Assembly: GCA_023136205.1 (NCBI GenBank) | Contig: JAGLRQ010000050.1 | Coordinates: forward strand, 1 to 11,570 | Direction: 5' to 3' | Source of the DNA: Candidatus Auribacterota bacterium | GTDB lineage: Bacteria; Auribacterota; UBA6266 | Length of the DNA stretch: 11,570 bases | Shown: piece after piece, positions 7,700 to 11,570 of the stretch | Position numbering within the stretch: the first letter of the stretch is position 1 | How the letters are laid out: every line of letters begins with the position of its first letter | Made by a program: the position numbers and the translations under genes | The notes under the pieces: model-generated | Database searches by the model: none | What the model was told of the DNA's origin: nothing | The model's input: only the letters and a program-made list of their open reading frames with translations

Positions 7700-7710
7700 T
7701 TACCAACCTT

Positions 7711-8421
7711 TCAAAAGTTTCTGTGAACCTTTCTAATCTTAAATAAATCAAAAAACATGGAAACGGAATCTTTGACAGGGTGTACCTTTGAATCAGCAGA
7801 ATTATACCATTTCACAGGAACTTCAACCATTTTAAACCCGAGTTTTTTCGCAAGATATAATATTTCCACATCAAAAACAAAATTTTCAAGGCGCTGGAGC
7901 TCAAATATTTTTCTCGCGGCCGCGCTGGTGAAGAGCTTAAAACCACACTGAGTATCTTTTACACCATCAACAACAATCAATCTTACAAGAAGATTAAAAA
8001 TACGTCCCATATTTTCCCTGATAAAATTCTGATGAATTTCGATCCTGGACCCTTCAACTCTTCTTGAGCCGATAACAACATCAAATCCTTTATTCACATA
8101 CTCAATCATATTAGAAATGGTTTCCATGGGGGTTGACATATCCGCATCGCTGAAAAGCAAAATGTCTCCTGTTCCGTTAAGCATACCCTTTTTTACAGAA
8201 TAACCTTTTCCCCTGTTCGTGCCATTTTTAAAAAGTTTTATTCTGGAATTTTTTTCAATAAATTCAGCCACAACAGATATAGTATTGTCCTTACTGCCGT
8301 CATCAACAATAATTAATTCATAATCTTTTCCAAGTGTGTCAAGACAGGATTGAGTTTTTATAAGAGTGTCTCTTATCCTTTTTCCCTCATTGTACGCAGG
8401 AATTATCACAGAAATCTTCAT
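7711..8421 (-). CDS. Family 2 glycosyltransferase, ALG5/Dpm1-like (polyprenyl-phosphate beta-glucosyl/mannosyl-transferase type), soluble
   Basis: Motifs seen: ISVIIPAYNEGKRI, LIIVDDGSKDNT, DxD FSDADM and DTQCGFKLF (characteristic of ALG5-like dolichyl/polyprenyl-phosphate glucosyltransferases). No TM helix is present. ATG 8421-8419 overlaps the upstream stop (ATGA). Confidence 0.88.
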   Translation of the reverse strand: MKISVIIPAYNEGKRIRDTLIKTQSCLDTLGKDYELIIVDDGSKDNTISVVAEFIEKNSRIKLFKNGTNRGKGYSVKKGMLNGTGDILLFSDADMSTPMETISNMIEYVNKGFDVVIGSRRVEGSRIEIHQNFIRENMGRIFNLLVRLIVVDGVKDTQCGFKLFTSAAARKIFELQRLENFVFDVEILYLAKKLGFKMVEVPVKWYNSADSKVHPVKDSVSMFFDLFKIRKVHRNF

Positions 8422-10163
8422 TGTTTCTCATGCCCTTTTTGTAATATCCCGGCTATCCTCCCGGATGCCAATCCATCCATACCATCTAAACAATAATTAA
8501 CCGCTGACTCCCAATTTGCCATGTGGCCTCTGTATGAACCATTAAGGATACCCTCTATGGAGTTTTTAAGCTTTTCGCTCTCTGTCCCATCGTAAAACAC
8601 TCCTAAATCTTTGTACCGTTTCATACAGCGATTATACGTTAAAATCACCGGTTTGCCATATGCCAATCCATCTATGGTAAATGTCGACGCGCAAACAATT
8701 AAAAAATCCACCCCTTTTGCTAAGGCTAAAGGATCATAATTTCTTAGAACTCTAACTTTGTCAGAATTTAGATTTTTAACTAAATCTCTGACAAATGGCT
8801 CATTATAATCTCCCGGATGCAATTTTATTATTATTTGAATATCGGGAAAACTGCTTGCTGTAACTATTACCTGCTTTATTTCCTGCCAGAGGGTGTTTTC
8901 CAAAACATTTCTTCTTTTCTTTAACGGACAGGTAGCTATTAAACCGACAGGCCGGGAAACATTGAAACCCAAATCCCCGCAGATTTTAGCTTTTATGGAT
9001 TCTGATGACACGCGAATATATTTATCATATTTTGAACAGCCTGTAACGATAATTTTGTTCTCCTCCATCCCCCAATTTATCAAGAGCTCTTTCTGGCTTT
9101 TACCCCAAACAAGTATATAATCCGCTGTTAACGGTACAATCCCATTTTTATGGAACGGCTCACTGTGACAATTTACATAAGACATACATTGATATTTTTT
9201 CGCGGTTTGAACTAATATATTCGTAAAAACTCCGCTGTCTTCATCAACTAACAACGATTTCATTTTAAATTTTCCAAACAAGGAATTAATTTGAGCGGCC
9301 CTCATAAGAACAAGCATCAGGTCTTTTTGCCAGATAACAGCAAGGAACTTTTTAACATAGGGAGTAAAATTCACCCCGGAAACACTTTTATCAGGCAATA
9401 AACTCTCCAATTTCCGCATAAAGTCATTTTTTACGTCCGATACAGATTCTCTGTGTTTCCCTGAAACTTTAAAATCGGAAAACAACCTTAAACTTACACG
9501 ATTCCCAATCAAGTAAAAAACAAGCCTCTCAGGAAAATCCTCTCTCATGAAAATAACATTCTCTTTTTTAAAATAGCTCATAAGCGTCGGGATTTTTTCT
9601 AAATCAGAACATATCAAAATATTATCAGCCTTCGATTGATTTACAATATTCGAAAATCTTCTTATTAAATCCAAAATAAACCGTATTGGATATAATTTAA
9701 GCTTTTTGGGATTACTGCTATTTGATTTTTTCGCGGGCAGATCCTCAAAATACCTGATAGAAATGTCCGGGCTGACAAAATCAGACAGGAACATACTTAA
9801 GAATGGATACTTTGAATTACTTTCAACCGAAGCTTTTGCCACCCATATTTCAGAAGGTGATTCTTTTTCTATTATTTTCTTCGCAACATGTATTTTTTGA
9901 TAAAAGTTGGAAAGAAAATTAAAAATCTTTTTTCTATAAGCATGTAAGATATCTATATCCTGATAGACAAAATTACTATTCATGCCATCCTGCTTGAGCC
10001 AGGAATCTAATTCAAGATATACCTGATCAGCAATTCTGTAGGAATCGTCCTCCACAATGTAGTTGTCTACATTCGGATAACCATCCCTGCAGAAACTGAT
10101 AACTTTATCAAACTTTGAAGGATCAACTTTTCTTTCTTCTTCTATTATTGCTATTTTGCTCAT
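8418..10163 (-). CDS. 581-aa putative GT-B-fold transferase resembling the TagF (CDP-glycerol glycerophosphotransferase) / KpsS-KpsC capsule-synthesis families, with an unassigned N-terminal region of about 170 aa
   Basis: The C-terminal half shows the pattern shared by these families: NCHSEPFHKNG...ADYILVWGKSQKELL...IIVTGCSKYD, then IIIKLHPGD (nt 8814-8825 encode KLHP) and DFLIVCASTFTIDGLAYGKPVI. ATG is at 10163-10161. The protein has no TM helix or signal peptide. The CDS call is confident. The family call is moderate, about 0.45. Confidence 0.85.
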   Translation of the reverse strand: MSKIAIIEEERKVDPSKFDKVISFCRDGYPNVDNYIVEDDSYRIADQVYLELDSWLKQDGMNSNFVYQDIDILHAYRKKIFNFLSNFYQKIHVAKKIIEKESPSEIWVAKASVESNSKYPFLSMFLSDFVSPDISIRYFEDLPAKKSNSSNPKKLKLYPIRFILDLIRRFSNIVNQSKADNILICSDLEKIPTLMSYFKKENVIFMREDFPERLVFYLIGNRVSLRLFSDFKVSGKHRESVSDVKNDFMRKLESLLPDKSVSGVNFTPYVKKFLAVIWQKDLMLVLMRAAQINSLFGKFKMKSLLVDEDSGVFTNILVQTAKKYQCMSYVNCHSEPFHKNGIVPLTADYILVWGKSQKELLINWGMEENKIIVTGCSKYDKYIRVSSESIKAKICGDLGFNVSRPVGLIATCPLKKRRNVLENTLWQEIKQVIVTASSFPDIQIIIKLHPGDYNEPFVRDLVKNLNSDKVRVLRNYDPLALAKGVDFLIVCASTFTIDGLAYGKPVILTYNRCMKRYKDLGVFYDGTESEKLKNSIEGILNGSYRGHMANWESAVNYCLDGMDGLASGRIAGILQKGHEKQ

Positions 10164-10188
10164 ATTTTTTGTCCGGCGAAATTCAGAT

Positions 10189-11403
10189 TTAGCCTGTTTC
10201 CACTTTTATCAAGGAAACAGCTTTTTTAGCGGCGGCAATAGATTTTCTTCGGGTATCGGCCACAGTTATTACAAATCCTGTTCTTTTAGTGTGATTGTTA
10301 ATTTCACCTACAATTCTTCCCTGTCCAATATTAATGCCTATCTTCTTCACATTCGAAAGTTTTCTCGCTTTAGCTAAACCTGAAATTTTGATTATTCTGC
10401 CTTCATCTGAAAAAATATACCGTTGTGTAACATATTTTTGATACACGGGAACCAGCTTTTTAAAATCAGGTTTTATCCCTAAGGACATATTAATAACCGC
10501 TTTGACTATATTCACTCCCGTGGAAAGAGGAATCTCATCCGTAGCAAACCATCCGCCGCTTAAACGCGCCGCAATCTCTATAACTTTAGGGCCGTCTTTT
10601 GTATAAACAATATCGCCCTTCAAAGAACCCCTTTTTATCCCTAGTGATTTTGCCGCTTTTATCAACAACTCATCAACTTTTAGCTGCTGCCGCTTGCTCA
10701 AACAAGCAGGCAAATCCCCGCCATTCTCAATAATATAAGGGCTGAACTTTTCCAGATATTCGTAATTCCTGTTTGATAAACCCGGGGTGATAAAACAATC
10801 GTCATAGATAATTGATTCGGAACTAATCTGTAAACCATTTAGAAATTTTTCTATCATAACCTGTTTTGTGGGAGATTCCCCCTTACTTTTTTTAAAGGCC
10901 CACTCTAAATTTACACCCCCGGTTAATCTTAGAACACCCCTCGCGCCACGGCTGTCTACCGGTTTTAATACAACAGGATATCTATATTTTTTAATAAATT
11001 CTTTGATTTCCTTAACATTTTTCACTCCGCTGAATTTTGGAATAGACACTCCGTCTTTAGCAAATCTTCTTTTCATCAATAACTTATTCGATGCCAATTT
11101 TGCTGTTTTGATGGAATTTCCGGGGAGTCCAAGGGCATTCGCGACCGAAGCCACGGTTAATGGGACATCAGACGCAACCGTCATAACACCGTCTATTTTT
11201 CTTTTCCTGTTATACTTGATGGCAAATTGAACCATGTTTTCCACATCGTAAGTACTTATTACAGCAGATTCGTCAGCATATTTAAATCCAGGCGCTTTTT
11301 GCTGACGGTCAGCTGCAATAACAAATAACCCCATTTTACGGGCCAGTTTTATCCCGGGAACCTGTTCTACGCCGGCGCCTATCATTATTATAGTTTTGCC
11401 CAC
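10189..11403 (-). CDS. ATP-grasp superfamily carboxylate-amine/thiol ligase (PurK/PurT / L-amino-acid-ligase-like)
   Basis: The 404-aa ORF has an N-terminal Rossmann-like strand KTIIMIGAG, an ATP-binding Lys in YPVVLKPVDSRGARGV with a flexible Gly-rich loop, the hinge MIEKFL, and the Mg/ATP site KGDIV...VIEIAARLSGG. GTG start at 11403-11401 with AGAGG 5 nt upstream. The internal ATG (M7) would delete the first beta-strand. Confidence 0.88.
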   Translation of the reverse strand: MGKTIIMIGAGVEQVPGIKLARKMGLFVIAADRQQKAPGFKYADESAVISTYDVENMVQFAIKYNRKRKIDGVMTVASDVPLTVASVANALGLPGNSIKTAKLASNKLLMKRRFAKDGVSIPKFSGVKNVKEIKEFIKKYRYPVVLKPVDSRGARGVLRLTGGVNLEWAFKKSKGESPTKQVMIEKFLNGLQISSESIIYDDCFITPGLSNRNYEYLEKFSPYIIENGGDLPACLSKRQQLKVDELLIKAAKSLGIKRGSLKGDIVYTKDGPKVIEIAARLSGGWFATDEIPLSTGVNIVKAVINMSLGIKPDFKKLVPVYQKYVTQRYIFSDEGRIIKISGLAKARKLSNVKKIGINIGQGRIVGEINNHTKRTGFVITVADTRRKSIAAAKKAVSLIKVETG

Positions 11404-11446
11404 TTTAACCTCTATACCTTGTAACCCGGCAAAATCACGTCACGAG

Positions 11447-11475
11447 AGCATATAGTCTCTTACCCCTAATAACAA
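11447..11475 (-). promoter_or_regulatory. Candidate sigma70-like promoter for the operon
   Basis: The minus strand reads TTGTTA (11475-11470), a 17-nt spacer, then TATGCT (11452-11447). Each hexamer is a 4/6 match to consensus. The element lies about 44 nt upstream of the GTG start. Pattern match only. Confidence 0.25.
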
Positions 11476-11495
11476 GAACTCACTTACCAACATCT

Positions 11496-11570
11496 TTATC
11501 TCGCGTACAATACCGTGTCCATTATCGTGGCAGTATGATGCCCCAGATAGAATTCGTAATCGGGATTAAG
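11496..11570 (-). CDS. Possible 3' end (24 codons plus TAA) of an upstream minus-strand gene entering from the right edge. Product unknown.
   Basis: Minus-strand frame from 11570 reads LNPDYEFYLGHHTATIMDTVLYAR then TAA at 11498-11496. The composition is coding-like rather than AT-rich like the 2447-2579 spacer. It is ambiguous because a second minus frame is open for 15 codons and a plus-strand ATGATG at 11535 is also open to the edge. Confidence 0.3.
   Translation of the reverse strand, partial: LNPDYEFYLGHHTATIMDTVLYAR

Noticed and set aside
1-10163. Calling the locus a wall teichoic acid (tagF-tagG-tagH) cluster outright.
   Set aside because: The TagF-like assignment of the 581-aa protein is only motif-level and is equally compatible with KpsS/KpsC-like enzymes. 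No tagD/tarI/tarJ, tagO or tagA/tagB genes are in the window, and the taxon and envelope type are unknown.
102-11230. All plus-strand ORFs in the supplied track: 102-308, 1054-1263, 1959-2414, 2243-2482, 3681-3896, 4841-5086, 5901-6260, 6333-6566, 7757-7951, 8893-9120, 9706-9900, 10156-10377 and 10868-11230.
   Set aside because: Each lies antisense to, and almost wholly inside, a long minus-strand ORF with clear family motifs. Their translations are low-complexity Phe/Ser/Leu/Ile-rich strings, typical of antisense reading of AT-rich Lys/Glu/Asn-rich genes. None has a convincing ribosome-binding site or recognisable motif.
1-11570. Search for defence systems, toxin-antitoxin pairs, CRISPR repeats, tRNA/rRNA, and transposase/integrase genes or terminal inverted repeats.
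   Set aside because: No nuclease, helicase, methylase, Cas-like or recombinase motifs appear in any long ORF. There are no spaced direct repeats and no structured-RNA-like GC-rich segments. Every long ORF is accounted for by glycan-pathway families or the single orphan.

Overview
This AT-rich window is essentially one tightly packed minus-strand operon. It appears to encode synthesis, export and probable extracytoplasmic decoration of a cell-surface glycopolymer. In transcription order (right to left) it contains: a possible 3' tail of an upstream gene (11496-11570); an ATP-grasp ligase (10189-11403); a 581-aa TagF/KpsS-like GT-B-type transferase with an unassignable N-terminal region (8418-10163); a soluble ALG5/Dpm1-like GT2 (7711-8421); a PMT_2/ArnT-like GT-C (5984-7699); a GtrB/ArnC-like GT2 with two C-terminal TM helices (5130-5987); a 532-aa protein I cannot place in a named family (3515-5113); a stand-alone MprF-type (LPG_synthase_TM, flippase-like) membrane protein (2580-3518); an AT-rich gap with a perfect 3x heptamer repeat; a third Dpm1-like GT2 (1724-2446); a Wzm permease (876-1721); and a Wzt ATPase that runs off the left edge (1-872, missing from the supplied ORF track). 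I saw no rRNA, tRNA, CRISPR, transposase/integrase or recognisable defence genes. None of the plus-strand ORFs is credible. The most novel-looking part is the central module: a polyprenyl-phosphate-sugar synthase and GT-C pair, followed by the orphan 532-aa protein, which is translationally coupled to an MprF-type flippase-like protein. No GtrA, Wzx or Wzy is present in the window. All functional calls are motif-level readings by eye. No searches were run, so family assignments need HMM or structure confirmation.
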